From the NCBI GenBank assembly GCA_028534125.1, contig CM052818.1, positions 16,432,001 through 16,496,000 of the forward strand: a stretch of 64,000 bases of DNA, read 5' to 3'. Under the pieces are notes generated by a model. The model did not search any database. It was not told the DNA's origin and saw nothing but the letters and a program-made list of their open reading frames with translations. Position numbers and translations under genes: made by a program. This DNA comes from Lama glama. Its lineage: Eukaryota. This document shows, one piece after another, positions 10,271 through 24,489 of the stretch (the first letter of the stretch is position 1; each line of letters begins with the position of its first letter).

Positions 10271-12904
10271 TAAATTTAATAAGAGCATTCTTAGTACAGT
10301 GCTTGGAGTAGAGTCCAAATTTTGAGGGATAATTGAGACATCAAGTGTATCAACCCACAAGACCTGAGCCAATCAACTGAAAGCAAATTATTCTATAAGT
10401 TCTCAAAAATTTCAAAAACGATTCTTAGTCCAACAGACAATTATTTTTGTGATTCAATCTTGGACATTGACAAAGATGCATTTATTTGGCCTAAAATTGT
10501 TGGTATTAACCTTACCCTGCCCTACGTGCTAATTTACTTTAATAAATTATGGCCTATAATTTATGAATTTAGTCTAAAACATCAATTAAAAATCACCTGT
10601 GTATAAGGTCGCACAAGAAGTAGTTATGCTATATTACAGACTATTTGAGGACTGAAGAATACAGAACTTCTGTGTTAGTCTTTGTTCTGTCCCTATCATC
10701 TGAGTGACTTTGCATGGCTATTCCTTCAAGTTATACCCTTATCTGGAACTTAAGCTTTGTCTAGATGATCTCCAGGTCAGTTGGAATTTTAACACCCTTT
10801 GATTCTATAAGATAACAGCCTGATATCCAGTAGGAATGTTAAGGAGAGAGTTGGAAATAAGGAATTAGAAGCTGACTGAGAGTTCAGAGGTAGAAATTTA
10901 TATTAAAGACTGATTATTATTGATTTTGTATTAAAAAAAAAGAAACAAGAATAGGTTTGCTTCTTGTAGAAGGACAAAAGAAAGAAGAAAATCTCTAGAA
11001 AGAAAGACAGACACAAATACAATGAAAATCAGAACATGTTAAAGTTTTTGAACTTAAAAATAAGAGAATTTCAAGAAGGAAAACTGGTCAATAATAGCGA
11101 AACAAAAATATCCACAACATACTTGACGAAGACTTTTGACCTAACAATTTTGTAAAGTATATGATAATTTTGAAGAGTGAGGAGAGTAGTAAGTATGTAG
11201 GAAATAAAGGAAAAACTAAAAAAAGAAAATTAAAATTTGATTATAAAAGAAAGAGGAGTGATAAGACTGTAGACTTTAGAGCTTTGATTACATATACATT
11301 TGCAGGCAACTAGTAACTGGGCTGTTTGAAATCACTTTAATAATCCTTTCCCTGAATTGTAAATGGAATACTTTTATTTATCCTGAATTAACCTTTTTTT
11401 TTGTATCTTAGAGGGAATCTATATTTATATCATTCTTAGAATTGGTATATAATGTATTTTTACTATGATTATATTTTCATAGATAAATAGAATTCTGTCA
11501 TGCCTTCTTTTTCTTTTGTTTTTTCTTTATTTTTTTATCCTTTGTTTTTTAGACTGCACCTTTTATTTTATGTAACTAGATGTTTTATTACATATAAATA
11601 TAGTTATATATGAATGACTGTGTATAGTATAAAAATAATGTGGACATGATTTAGTTAATTTTTCCTTAATAGAAAGTAGATATCCAAAACACTACCGTGA
11701 TTTTAAAACAATATGCCACAGCCTACACAGTTTAATTTTTAAAGTTATTCAAATGTATGTAACTTTTACTATTTTTTCTCAATCTTCCATTCCACACTTT
11801 GGAATTTACCACACCCCATCTGCTGGTAGACTGTAACACTCCTACAATTTTCCTCAGCCTTCTTTTTGGCAAGATTTCCTCTAAATACAAGTATTAATAC
11901 AAGACTCCAAATTACTTAACTGATTTTCCTTCTTCTCTGAAGTGAAACAGCGTCTTCTTGATTTTGAGAACTTGTTCCATTTGAAGCATCTTATTGAGAA
12001 GAAAATGTATTCTTTCATGGCTCTAATCTTTACATCTTTTTAACGTGGAGAAGGAATTATGCAGGGAAGATGCAAGATCAATCTTTAAGCATTTGAGGGG
12101 CTATCAGTTGGACAAGGGAATATATTGTTTCATAGGATAGAACTTGGAGAAATAATTGGAAGCTGTAATATTTTGGCTCAACCTACGGAGCTTTGTAACA
12201 ATGAAACAGATTAGCCTCCAGACAAAGCAAGTGCTCCCTGAACGATACTGAGAAATCAAGCATTTTCAAAAAGTAATCCCCTGGACGAGACAGGAACCCA
12301 TGTCAGAAATATAAAATTTGCCATCAAAAGTCATTTTAGAAGTCATTTTATCTGGACTTACTACATTTATAGATGAGGTTAAGTGAAATGCCTGTGGTCA
12401 TTCAACGTAATTAACCCTAACCTAGCTGATTATTAGATTCACCTGCAATGCTATGTGTGCCTACGTGGGGCATAGTAGCTAATTAACTGTAATTTATTGG
12501 CTCCCCCCATGACTACAGTGTTGGATTTTTGTTGATGGGACATGAAAATGTGATTTCTGATAAACCACTAAATTTGGGAACCATTGATATTGCCAAGGTC
12601 ACCAGGTTCCCAGTCGTGTGCTTTTTACCATATGGAGTTGGTTAAGTCCCTTTCACATAAAATCCAAGACTTTTTCTTTAAAACAGTATTTTATCTACTC
12701 ATTGAAATTTGTGATCTAATCAATGTTACTTTAAATTGGGTCAACTTAGATTTTCCACTTAGGTTTCATTCCACTTTAACTAGAAACTGTTCTGAATGCT
12801 TACTCCAAAAAAAAAAAAAGGAAAGAAAAAAAACTGTTCTGTGAAATACGGCTATTAACAAGAAATCATCCTAATGTTAGACTAAAGACCAACAAACCAT
12901 TTTG

Positions 12905-12955
12905 AAAATAAATAAATAAATAAATAAATAAATGAATAAATAAATAAATAAAATA
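12905..12955. repeat. (AAAT)n microsatellite
   Basis: About 11-12 units seen directly. Confidence 0.95.
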
Positions 12956-15279
12956 ACAAACAGATTCTAATTTAAGAGCTGTTAACAGATACTGGGGAGT
13001 AGATTACTGATTTAGGTCTATTTTTTGCCAGTTCCCATAATTTCACTTGATCTTCCCTTTGACTTTAATACAGAGCTGCTCATTTCTGCTATTTTCTGAG
13101 ACTTGAAATTATTTTTATTATAATCAACTTTTGAGTGTCCTTGACCAATAGTACCTGTTTGTCTATTAAGCCATGAACTTTTTGAGGAGAGGGATTTTAA
13201 TTTATGAGAGTCCTGCTTGAGAGATCATGGTAGAAATTGAATAAAATACAATTTTGGTTTGACCGTGCTGAATTCAGAGGAAGCATGGTAAACTATATTC
13301 TAGATGTGTAATTCCTTTATATTAAATATGTTTCATCCAATTATTTGATGATCACTTCATAATTGTTTTTAACAAGACTTGTCATTTGATACCACTAAGT
13401 CTTTCTTGTATGTTTTTCTTTTGAAGCTGTAAATCTCCTACTTCTTGTGTAACCTTAAAAATCTGGACAGTTTCTTTGATTTTCAGTTTCCTTATCTGTA
13501 AAATGTTTAGATTTTCCTTCTTGTCTAGGGAGGCACCATCCTCTCTAAACAGGCATTCCCTTAAAAGAACTGACTCAAGGAGAGATATCAGCTTACAATG
13601 AGAACTCAATCATTGGCAAGTGCTTCAGTCAGGAATACAAACAGCACATTCTCCCTAAATCTCTAGAATATAAAGTCTTAAATTCACAATATTCCAATAT
13701 CATTCACTTATGTCTTCCTACCTATTTAGTCATACCTACCTACCATATGTATTATCTCTTATTTACAATTCCTTTAGAGTTTTATGACTATGGTACATAC
13801 AAGGACCTTCTTTGCATCTGACTACAGTTAACCAATCTTCTGGTCCAGCTTGGGCTGCTGTCGTATTTTCCCATTAATTTCAAATTATCTAGATTCTCCT
13901 TAATTCTCTGGTCTAGAGACTTTCAATGGTGTTCATATTTTTTAGTACATTTTAAACACATCTCTAGTTTTGTATATTACTGTTCCACCCCACAAGCTTT
14001 AACTGACTGTCGATTTTTTATAAAATGTCAAAGAGAGCCATTAATACATTCTGCAGTACCTGTCAGTAAGTCCTTATGAAGCTTCAAATGGTGTGAAAAA
14101 TGTATTATTTACCAGATAAGTTGAAAAAGCTCTGTTAAAGTTTTTATCAGAATTTTTTAGAGCAACAGAGACAAGTTGGGATGACACACATACCTGTATA
14201 TTTGATGTATTTTTAGTTATTTTACTTAAGAAAAGCAATAATTTTTCTGTTGTCAGTATATAGGTAAAGTTATCAAAAGTGTTAGAAATAAAAGAAATAT
14301 GACTACTGTTTGTAATTTAAAGTGTAAAATCAACTTATAATAAATTAGAGCAGACATATGCCAACTACCCCTAGAAACAAAATAATTCTGATGTCAGTTT
14401 ATATATTAAGTTATTCAGATACAGAAATATGTCAGAAAGGGACATGACCTGTGATCATTTAGCATCCATTCATGGACTACAAAAGATATATCCATAGAGA
14501 TATTGTTAGTGGCCTCAGCTAATGGACTGGAAGAGATATGGCCCTTTGACAAACATTCCATATTATAATATGGTTGTGGAGAAGACTGATTCTGAAATAT
14601 AGTCTTATTCCAAAAAAGTTTGTATACAGTGAAACTAGTCTGATTATTCAAAAAACTATTTACCACTTTTGGTGATAACTCTGAAAGAAAAATAACACAA
14701 TGATATATTAAAAAAATGGTATTGTCACATGGGGGTATGAATATTTTGAGTATTATGAGATATGTGCATATAATTTAATAATTTGGCTTTATTAACTAAT
14801 ACCTTAGTCTTATGATTTTGATATATAGAAGTCTTCCCTTGAGAGAAAAGTCTGTTGTCATCTTACTAGAGAAATTCAGGCCTTGAGCATGTAAGACTGA
14901 CCTGGGAAATGGTAAATTCCCCAGGGTCTATGTGACATCTTAGGAGATCTTTTGATATCCTTTCCTCCAGGAATGAAAAGCATAACTGTATATGCCTGAT
15001 TTGGACTTTTAATTTCCACATTTCTGCTTCAAGTGCTTTCAAATTCACAACTAATTTGATTCAAGATCTAGTATAATATGTACTGTTTTCTCTTGTCCTT
15101 CCTTATCCATGAGGGAAGTGACCTTCTTGTACAAAATTGCATTCTTTATAACATTCAGCATCAGTCCTGTGAATCTTTACTGTATGTTAATTGCACATAT
15201 ATTGCTATACAAGATTTTTTTCTGCAAAAAGTATCTATTTTTAATTTTTGAGGGATTATTCTTCATTTTATAGCCAGAA

Positions 15280-16547
15280 TTTGGGATAATTTTCCTTATA
15301 CTTGGTGTATACCTTTAGTGTTCCCTTAAATGCAGATGTGGTTATAATGAATTCCCTTAATTTGCATATGTGTGTAAAATATTGTTCTTTTACTCTCACT
15401 TCTGAAGAAAATTTGATTAGCTATAGACTTTTAGGTAGGCATTTCCTCATCCTGCCTTCAAAATTTGAAAATATCCTATAGTCTTCCAAGGCAAAAGGCT
15501 GTGTTTCACCCAGAAGAGAAGTTGTTTCATTGTTGCTTTGAGAGGTTAGCAGTCAGTTTTACTAAGTCCCTGAAGGTAGTATGTGTTCTTCTCTTGTTGT
15601 TTAAAAAATATTCTTAAGATTTTCTTTTTGTGTCTTTTTTCCAGCACATTTACAATTTTGTGCCTAGTTGTGATTTTCTTTGTATTTGTAGCAATTCTTG
15701 ATTATATGGTTGGATATCTTTCCTCAGTTTTGGAAAATTACCAGATATGATCTCTTCCAATATTTCGTCTGTTACCATCTGTTAAATCTATACTTGCTAC
15801 TCCATTTAAAGATAATATAGAACAATTAACTCAGTTATCCTTTATCATATACATAAATTCTCTATTCTTCATCTATTCTTCTTTTTGCTTTCTAGGTTTT
15901 ATATCCTGATATTTCCTCCAGTTTAACGAGTCTCTCATTATATTATCATCAGTAAAACCCAACCAGTATTTACTCAATATCAGATTTTGTGTTTCAAGCT
16001 CAGAATTTTCCTTTGCTTCTTTTTTCTTGTTTTTAAAGTTTCCACTTTTCTGCTGAAATAATAATAGAACAGAGTTGGTGATCTTTTTTTCTATAATGAT
16101 CAAGATAGTAGTATTGTACTCTTTGTGGGCTACATATGACCCTGTCCCATAATTGTCTTTGTGTTACTGTCATTGTTCCTGTGTTGTTTCTTTGTTTTTA
16201 CAAACCTTTAAATATGTAAAAAATATATATATATTTGGCTCACAGACTAAATTTACTAAGCATAGTTGTTTTGAAGTCCATGTTTAAGAAGTCTGTTATC
16301 TGGATACCCTGTGATTTTTATATTTACATTCTTTCTCTTGATTTTTAAATCAGATCATTTGGCCATCTTGTAAGTCATACTATTTTTAATTGATGACTAT
16401 GTTTGATAGATAACTTAAAGAACAGAATGATATAATTTTACTCCAGGTAAGATATAAATTTGCTTCAATCATGTGGCTGTAAATCAGCAAGGAATCCTGG
16501 ATTACCAGAATATAATCAGCAGTTGAGATGATTCAAAACTGGACTTT
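15280..16547 (-). mobile_element. Ancient L1 (L1ME-type) ORF1 region, antisense
   Basis: T-rich antisense ORF1 motifs such as ttttactctcacttctgaaga, gtgcctagttgtgattttctttgtatt and cctcagttttggaaaatt. Confidence 0.65.
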
Positions 16548-17561
16548 CAAGTGATGTCAGCAAGATGACCAAATAAAACATTCTTCATTGTGTTTCACCC
16601 CTCAACAACAATTTGGCATTTATACACAAACTGAAGTGCCTTTATGGGAGCTGTGGAATTCAGCACAAAATACCAAGAGATTCAGCATGAGTTTCACCCA
16701 CCCATAAATCAGGCAATAGGACAGACCTTGGTCCTAGCTGTGAACCCTACAGTGGCCTATAAACTGATTCCAGCCCCTCTCAGCATGGTTCAGAAGCCCC
16801 TGGAGAACACTGTCTTAGACAATCACCCACACATGAAAGAGCCTTTGTAGAAGTCCAGAAGTTCCGAGGAGAAGTTCCAGTATATCATTGGAGCACCAGC
16901 CTTTGTAGAAGTCCAGAAGTTCCGAGGAGAAGTTCCAGTATATCATTGGAGCGCCAGAAAAAAAGGTTTAAATTCACTAGGGGAGTAAAAGGAACAATTT
17001 GAATTTCCCGCATTATCTGTCCCTCAAGACAGCACAGCTCAGTACCGAGAGACCTTTCTTAGTCCAAGATTTTTCCCACTGGGAAAAGTGTGAACGTGTG
17101 AATGGGAGCTAGGGCTTCCCTAGTTGTGTGGGACATAGTCAAAGAGGTCCATTTCTCTCTTGCTCCATGCCGAGCACAAAGTCATGAGCTGCAATACTGG
17201 AAATATAAAAAGGCTGGTCGAGCAACAGATAGGACTCTCAGATGGTAATAAAAGAAAGGGAAGATATGAGTAAAAGTCTACAAGCTTCCAGTTATGAGGT
17301 GAATAAATTCTGGGTATCTAATATATAGCATAGTGACTATAGTTAATAATACTATATTATATAGTTGAAAATTGCTAAGAGAGTAAAACTTAAATGTTCT
17401 CACCACACACAAACAAAATGGCAATTATGCAAGATGAGGAAGGTGTTAATTAATCCTACTATGGTAATCATTTTGTATAAGTATATTAAATCATCATGTT
17501 GTATTCCTTAAACTTAGACAATGTTATATGTCAATTATATCTTAATAAAACTGGGGAAAAA
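16548..17561 (+). mobile_element. Internally deleted L1: 5'UTR joined to L1MA9-like 3'UTR, TSD-flanked
   Basis: Begins gtgatgtcagcaagatg (L1 5' start-like). 17270-17561 resembles the L1MA9 3' end (gttaataatactatatt...ttgctaagagagta...tcaattatatcttaataaaactgggg). TSD AAAACTGGACTTT at 16535-16547 and AGAACTGGACTTT at 17562-17574. Confidence 0.8.
16840..16955. repeat. 58-bp tandem duplication (2 copies, 1 mismatch)
   Basis: agcctttgtagaagtccagaagttccgaggagaagttccagtatatcattggagc[a/g]cc occurs twice. Confidence 0.97.
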
Positions 17562-17574
17562 AGAACTGGACTTT

Positions 17575-17950
17575 GGTTCCTTAGAGAACAATTCTATTTC
17601 TGATTCACCCTCATATCTAGGGTGTAATATTTTGTGGTTCTAGGTGAAAGTCTAGGGGATTTTACCTGCTTTTCTCACCCTGGTAGGCTCCAAACTCCAG
17701 TGTTTGTCTCCCAGCCTATGAATTTCTCAGAATATTCAGCTTCTCAGTCTTCCAAGGATCTCTTCTAGAATATACAAACATCTCTAGAGGAATAATGGCC
17801 CCCAACATACTTCTTTGGAATTATCTATTCTCCCTGGAACTTGCTCCAATAATTAATTCTTCAGCACTTTTATAGTTCTGATAATTTCAAATAGATTAAA
17901 AAAATTTTTTTTCATTTTCTGGTTACTATTATAAGAAAAATTGGTCTGAA
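17575..17950 (-). mobile_element. Continuation (5' part) of the ancient antisense L1
   Basis: Resumes after the TSD; resembles an antisense L1ME 5' region. Confidence 0.45.
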
Positions 17951-19869
17951 TGTTAATGTCTCTAGATCAGGGTTTTTTTTAATTCAACTTTGTATCATAA
18001 AACTTAGATAAGTCCAAATAAATAGCAAAAACATATATATGTTAATTCTTATTTTTAAATTATGTCACCAATGTATAAAATAAAAAGCTTATCTTTTCAA
18101 AATAATTTACTAATATAAAGACTAATGCCAGGTTCTGGGTATTTTTCTTTATAGTCTAGTGTTTTGTTTTGTTTTGTTTTTTATTTTGTTTTTTCCTCTC
18201 TATCATGCTGCCCTCTTCAAAAAAAAAAAAAAAAACACTTAAGAATCCACTCCTCTTCCAGGAGTAACCAAATTAAATCTTTCTCAGTCTTGTTCTGGCT
18301 ACCACACCAAAAAACCATCAGTAGCACTTTTTTATTTATCCTTTATTGCATGTTAATATTCACATGTAATTTGAAAGAAAAGTAACAATATTGAAATAAA
18401 ACTGCTTTAGTATTACATTTCTCAGTGGGCCAGTACTTTTAGAAATAATTTTTGAAATATCTATAAAAATGTAACAGTTATACATCTCTAGGTGTACCAT
18501 TGGCCTTCCAGAGGTAATCTTTGTATCCAACCCATCAATTCCCAGTTTCTTATCTCAGGATTACATGGAAATTTTGGAAATTTACAAAATGGTGAGATAC
18601 CCTAAGTATGGACATAGGTAGATGGAATACAAATTTCTGAGATGAAATTTACTAATCTTTTAATGTAGGTAGGAATGAAGCAAAAAAATGTGTGTCTAAT
18701 GGAAGAATTGATGATGTTTGTTTTTACCAAGTTCCCTTAAATTCCAAAATCTAAAATTGCACTCAAATACATAAAATGGGTAGTGTATTGTAAAGTTGTG
18801 GACATCATGGAAATGTAATTCAGGAACCACTGTGCAGGAAGGCTCAAGGAAATCAGATAGAGAAAGGTTGGAACCAGAGACCAGAGTTATGTCTATAATT
18901 CTGAGATGTTACATGGTGTCTGTGTCTCTCTCCCACTCAGTCTTTCATCACTCCTTTCCAATGTGAGTCTTCTCTTTTCTGCTTACCTCTCACATAGTCG
19001 GCTCCTTCTACTTATCTATAGTTTTTGCTTTCCCATGTATTTCTCTTTCTTGTGAATTTGGAATGCCTTTATAACAACTGACATCCAAACTCCACATTAT
19101 CATTCTGCTTGAATGCATAATAAAGGCCAACTGCAGTCTCATCGTTCAGTTATTTTCAGGGAAAGAAACTGATTGGTTCTCAAACTAGGGAAATAATGAC
19201 CTGATCCTAATAAGTTAGTTGTTAATCTTTGGTCTTTCAGTCTTGTCGGAGGGATGGCAGACATTAGGAAAATTTTATTATGGCTGCATGCTAGAGGTTA
19301 TGGGCATTTTTGCCTGCAACAGATGAGGTTAACTTTTAGGATGAAAGAGAGAGGGATATAAAACCAGCTCTCTGATGCTGGGTTCTAAGCCAAGCTAACA
19401 GGGATCTCTCTGACTTTGCCCTCAGCAAGTAAGTCAAGTTCACAGACTGTTGGCCCCTGATCTTAGTATGTCAGAGAATGCTTTTATGCTTGAATACTGG
19501 GGTGTTTTGTCTTGTTTTGAATTTAGCATGTACCCATAGCATGCACTTTCCAATTCTCCACAAATTCTCTAAGACAGCAGGTTCCTGTTATTGACCTGAC
19601 ACTGGGACATTGAAATTTACAAACCCAAGGTTAGAGAATTTAAGTAAAAGTCTATAATATGTATGAAATTTGCCAAGATTATTGTTATAAAGTTGTTGAA
19701 ATCCTTGGCCTGTGGAAACGTCCTTATAACTAGGTAGGAAAGATCTTTTCCTTTAACATATAGTATGAATTGAACCTTATGATAGACAGTTTTAATATAC
19801 TATCTCATTTAATAATCACAGAAACTCTGTAAGGTACTTATTATTTTCTGGATTTGGGGATTAGGAATT

Positions 19870-20060
19870 GTAATTCTGGGCTTGAGTCCAAGTTCTCCTC
19901 CCTACCATCCATAATTCCTTGGAAGGATATTTTAACTCCATTAGTCTCAATTTCTTGCTTTGTAAAATGATGGTGATAGTGCCTATAATATAGGTTTAAT
20001 GTCAAGATTAAATGATGAAAGTATTTTAAATTACTTACATATAATAGATAATTAAGCATT
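19870..20060 (+). mobile_element. MIR SINE
   Basis: Core-like tctcaatttcttgctttgtaaaatg...aagattaaatga. Confidence 0.65.
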
Positions 20061-20809
20061 CCCTTGCCTTTTGCTCAGTGGTTTTAGACAATACAAATTT
20101 AGTAATTTAATGAATCATCTATTATCTCTACTCTTGGGCTTTGTGGTTACTACTTTAGTTGGGAAGATATTTCTGATTTTTTATGTGTCTGTATACTAGG
20201 GGCCAGTGATATAAATTTGAGTACTAATTGTATTAATCTGCTTGTTATACCAAAGAAGCAGAGGAGTAGCAGTGAAGTCACTTAAAATCATTTGGGAAAA
20301 GGGATTATGATTCTACAAAATCCTTTTCTTCAGTGTTTTACTGTTCATAAAGGTCAGCACTGTTTTCTCTAAATTTATTTTTAGTTCTAACTGTTAAATT
20401 TGTCATACCCTAACTGAATTATCACAATGTTGTAGGTCCAGGATAACCCACATATATTTAGATTATTTAGGACTTCTTTTATCAAATCATGCTGTTGGAG
20501 CAGGAAATATACAACCCATTCTCATATCATGACATGTGTAAATATGATTACTAGAAGCTGTGCCTCCTGGTAGATGATTTATTTTCTTCAGTGCGCTTCA
20601 TCTTCTCTGGGAAATTCATTCCAACATATCTTTGCATGGGAAACAGGTTCTTGCTTCAAGCTTTCCTTCTGTCTTCAGATCTTATTCCCTGCTAATGACC
20701 TTTTATAAAGAATGTATTCACTTCTATATTTGACATGGAAACATGGAACATTTGATTTTGGTGGAAAAACAAGATTTTCTTAGTCTGAAGCTTAAGTGCT
20801 TGGGGCATG

Positions 20810-21100
20810 TCAGGAAAAAGACTTTTGAGGTAGCCAGGGCCAGATGCCTTTAAGAGGTTTGAATTTTAATCTGAAGATGATGGGAGGACATCAAAGGACT
20901 TTGAGTAGGTTAATGAGTTGACTTTTTAAACATTTCATATTTCCTAAGTGCCTTCAACAAAGTTATTGTTTTTGAAAAGGTGTCCTTTCCACAGTGTAAA
21001 AGATAGGGTAGAGCAGAAATTGGAGCTATTGCTGTAACTCTAGTGGGCCTAGACTAATGCCTGAAATAAAACCATGGCTGAGAGAATATCAAGAAAGGAA
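20810..21100 (-). mobile_element. L2 fragment
   Basis: gggccagat...gtttgaattttaatctgaagatgatgggagg...aaggactttgag resembles antisense L2. Confidence 0.55.
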
Positions 21101-21794
21101 AATAATTTAAAATAGGGGAAAAAAGAGGAGGGGAAAGTCAGATTCTCACCATAATATCAATTGGAAAAAAAGAAAGCATTTTACATTCAGAGCCAGACTT
21201 GTCAGAGGGTGGTTTCAGGTTTATGAAATAGTGTTCTCACCATATTCCTCTTTTTGTCTAGTCTCTGTCCTGATTCTTTTAGCTTTTAAAGTGTTATCTA
21301 AAACAACTTTAATTATATGGGAGAATTATGATATCAGAATTAAATATCAAATATTTTTAGACTGTAAATATCTGGCAAAGGTAACATTCTTATATCAATG
21401 AGTATCAATCACAGCATAGATTTTTATATCACAGACTTCCCAGAGTGTATCCTGGTATGGTGGAGAGATGGAGGTTGACATTAGAAAGCTCAGAGATGGG
21501 GAGACTGAATATCTGTTCCAAAGAGAAGAAAGTAGGAAAGAATGAGAAAAGAAAGCAGACAGGGAAGGCTCCAGGTCCTTTGAACATTCCCTTCTGCCAA
21601 TCCTATAGAAGGGAAGATATTTGTTCACCTACTGGCAATATAGATGTTGGTTTAGGGATTCTGAAGAAAAATCCTTATTAAAATGTGTTCCTCCCCAGCC
21701 TGCTAGGTCTTAAATTCCTAGTCAAAATAAATTCTATTGGGTTAAAATGTTGTTTTTCAGTATTCTAGGTAACTAAAATGGTAGCAGGGTCACA

Positions 21795-21840
21795 AATCAA
21801 TCAATCAATCAATCTATGTATCTGTCTGTCTGTCTGTCTT
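21795..21840. repeat. Compound (TCAA)n(TCTG)n microsatellite
   Basis: Seen directly. Confidence 0.9.
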
Positions 21841-21959
21841 CATAATCTCTCCTTTCCCTGTACAGTGTATGGTTCTAGGTTCCTCCTTTGCAGGGCAACT
21901 GGGCAATTGCCCTGATCTGCACTCTTGCTTTGGGGAATGAGGCATACATAGAATGATAC

Positions 21960-22760
21960 CAGTTTAGAGGCCTAAGGCAGAAATGAACTTGATGTTGCAA
22001 GGAATAGGAAACCTGCAAGGAACAGATTACTAAATATCATAGTAAACATAAGGTATTTTAGTGTAATTAGAGGCCAAAAAATAGACAGGAACCAGATAAG
22101 GTAAGTACCCAAAGGACATAATTGGGAATTTAGATCTTATTTAAAATATGAAATAAAGCTACTAAAGGATTATAAGTAGGGAAGGAATATGAATTGATTA
22201 ATATTTTAATTTGGCTGCTGTATGAGAAAAGAATAGAAGGGAGATAAAAGAGGAGACTGGGACATTTTCAAGGAAAAGATAAGGATGGTTTTGACCAGAG
22301 TGGCTGTAGTACAGATGGAGAAAATTGGAGGGATTTCACTAATATTCTGGACTTAGAGTCCATTGAGCTTTCAGATGGTTCAAATATATGAATTATGGAA
22401 AAAGGAGAAATTAAGAATAGCTTCTGTTGTCATTGATGGATTTAAAAAGAACAAGTTCATGGAAGTGGTAGAGACAGAAGCTCAATATGACTAGATTGAG
22501 GGGAGAATAGAAGATTGGAAAATAGAGACAGGGAGGAGAGGAAACACTGTAGGGAATTTTACTGTGAAAATAACAGGGAAATGGGATGGCTGCTGGAAAA
22601 AAAAATAAGAGGTCTTGGGAGGAATTGTTACTTTTTTCTAATTTCAGAGCTACTATTTGAATACTCATAGAATGTTCATGAAAATAATCTAATATAAAGA
22701 AAGTTAATTGAGGATGTTGGGGAAAGATGGAAGAATTTTAAGCCAGATAAGAAGGAATTA
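21960..22760 (-). mobile_element. L2 fragment
   Basis: Purine-rich antisense L2 motifs (gggaatttagatcttatt, ctactaaaggattataagtagg, gatggttttgaccagagtgg). Confidence 0.6.
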
Positions 22761-24489
22761 TTGAAAAGGTGAAAAATGTACTTATGTTTGAATTTTTAAA
22801 TTTTTCTATTGACAAATTCTATGATGCTTCAAAGAAAATTATCATGGTATATAAAAAGCCTCTTGTGATAAAATCAGTCTTGCTTTTAAAATCACTATAA
22901 AGGGCAAGTTGGAATGTCATCTGTAAATCAAGTTCTTCTATTCCCTCCTGTCTATGACAATATTGTAAATTATTTTTATCTCCATCATTTTAGAAAGGTT
23001 TTGAGATAGACCACCGTGCTTCTTTACCTTTATTTTCCATTATTACTGATTTTTGAATTTGTACGTATAACTATAAATTTATTGGATCATGATTTCATAG
23101 TATCTGTGAAAAAGATTAAAGAAAAATAGCACATTGTTATAAAGCAAGATATGATAATTTTTTTTTTTTTGGCTCTTAGGCTTGGAGTAAGAGAAATGAG
23201 CCAACATATCAGATATCAGAGGATAGTAGCTCTGCAGGGAGCAGTCGAAGAAATCATAGTTGAAGAAATCATAGTGTTTGTACTTAATAATTTGGTATTT
23301 TTATAGTATACAATCATAGTATTTGAGTGTACTTGAACTGAATTTATCACTGATGCTTTAGGCAATAATACAGAATTGCCTAAGGAGATGTTTGCAGCTG
23401 ATTTCAAGAGAAAGTGAGAACACTTTCTATTACCCTATATAGAACTTGAAGAGCTCAATATTGGGTATAATTGCTATGTTGAAATCTAAATGATACATGC
23501 AATCTGGGTTACACACCTTTCATCATTAGCTAGCAAAGATTTCTCTTGAGTGTGTTTATGGTATAATTCCTTGATGCATGCCTTGGTGGTGGAATAGGGT
23601 CATAGTTATCTGTGGCTGCTAGATAGAACTATGTGCATGCACTGTACATTTTAAATGTCCTTGCCTTAAGTTTGTAATTCTGTATGCTTTGTGACTCTAA
23701 GACAGTTTTAGCTTTTAAATCCAGGCTCTAGATCTAAGTATTTAACCTGTGTGTTTAATTAGAAGCTTTATCTGACCTTCCAATTTTACTGTGTTTGATG
23801 CAAGATGGATAGAATACGAGGTTTAACAAAAGGGCTCTTTTATTTGAACCAGAGAATATGTTCATGGCATGGAGATTTATAAGCTAGCTAAAGACTCGAT
23901 TTCTCTTTTGGCGATAAACCAAACCCCAAAATGGCTCCTTCTTTAGTTGAGTAGAATTACAAATAATGTAAAATGCCATTTATAACAGCAACAAAATAAA
24001 CAAAATTTACAGAATTTTTTTTTTAATGTCAAGCCTACCATATTTTTGGTTCATTGGTCATGGCACTAGATTGCCAATAATCTTACGCAGTATTTCTGAG
24101 GTAGTAAAAACACTTTAAATCTTATCTCCTTCTTCAGTAAGTGATTTAGTCTTAAAAACTTTTTCCAGGTTCTAATGCAATTAGTGCAAATATTTAATGT
24201 CTATAAAATAATTATTAGCCATTAGCCATATGTACAAATAATCAGCTTCTCTATAAATTTAGTGGATTTCAGCCTGTTGAGGGTCAAGTTTTTGGAAGAC
24301 TAATATTCTGTTATTTGTGTTATTTGGAAACTGCCAGAAAATGACCTTTAGGAATCATATAAAAAGATAGTTAAAATCTTTATAAATAACTGGAGGAATC
24401 TGGATTTAGCCTCTAGTTAAAAAGCCATTGTATTATATAGAGAGCTGTCCATGGAAGAACATTCTGGAAACAGTAAAATGACTGGGATT

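Noticed and set aside
16840..16955. CRISPR-like repeat
   Set aside because: Two abutting copies with no spacers, in mammalian DNA
23160..23275. Acceptor-like T-tract/TAG followed by a 15-bp-period duplication
   Set aside because: No convincing donor or coding frame; ordinary slippage duplication
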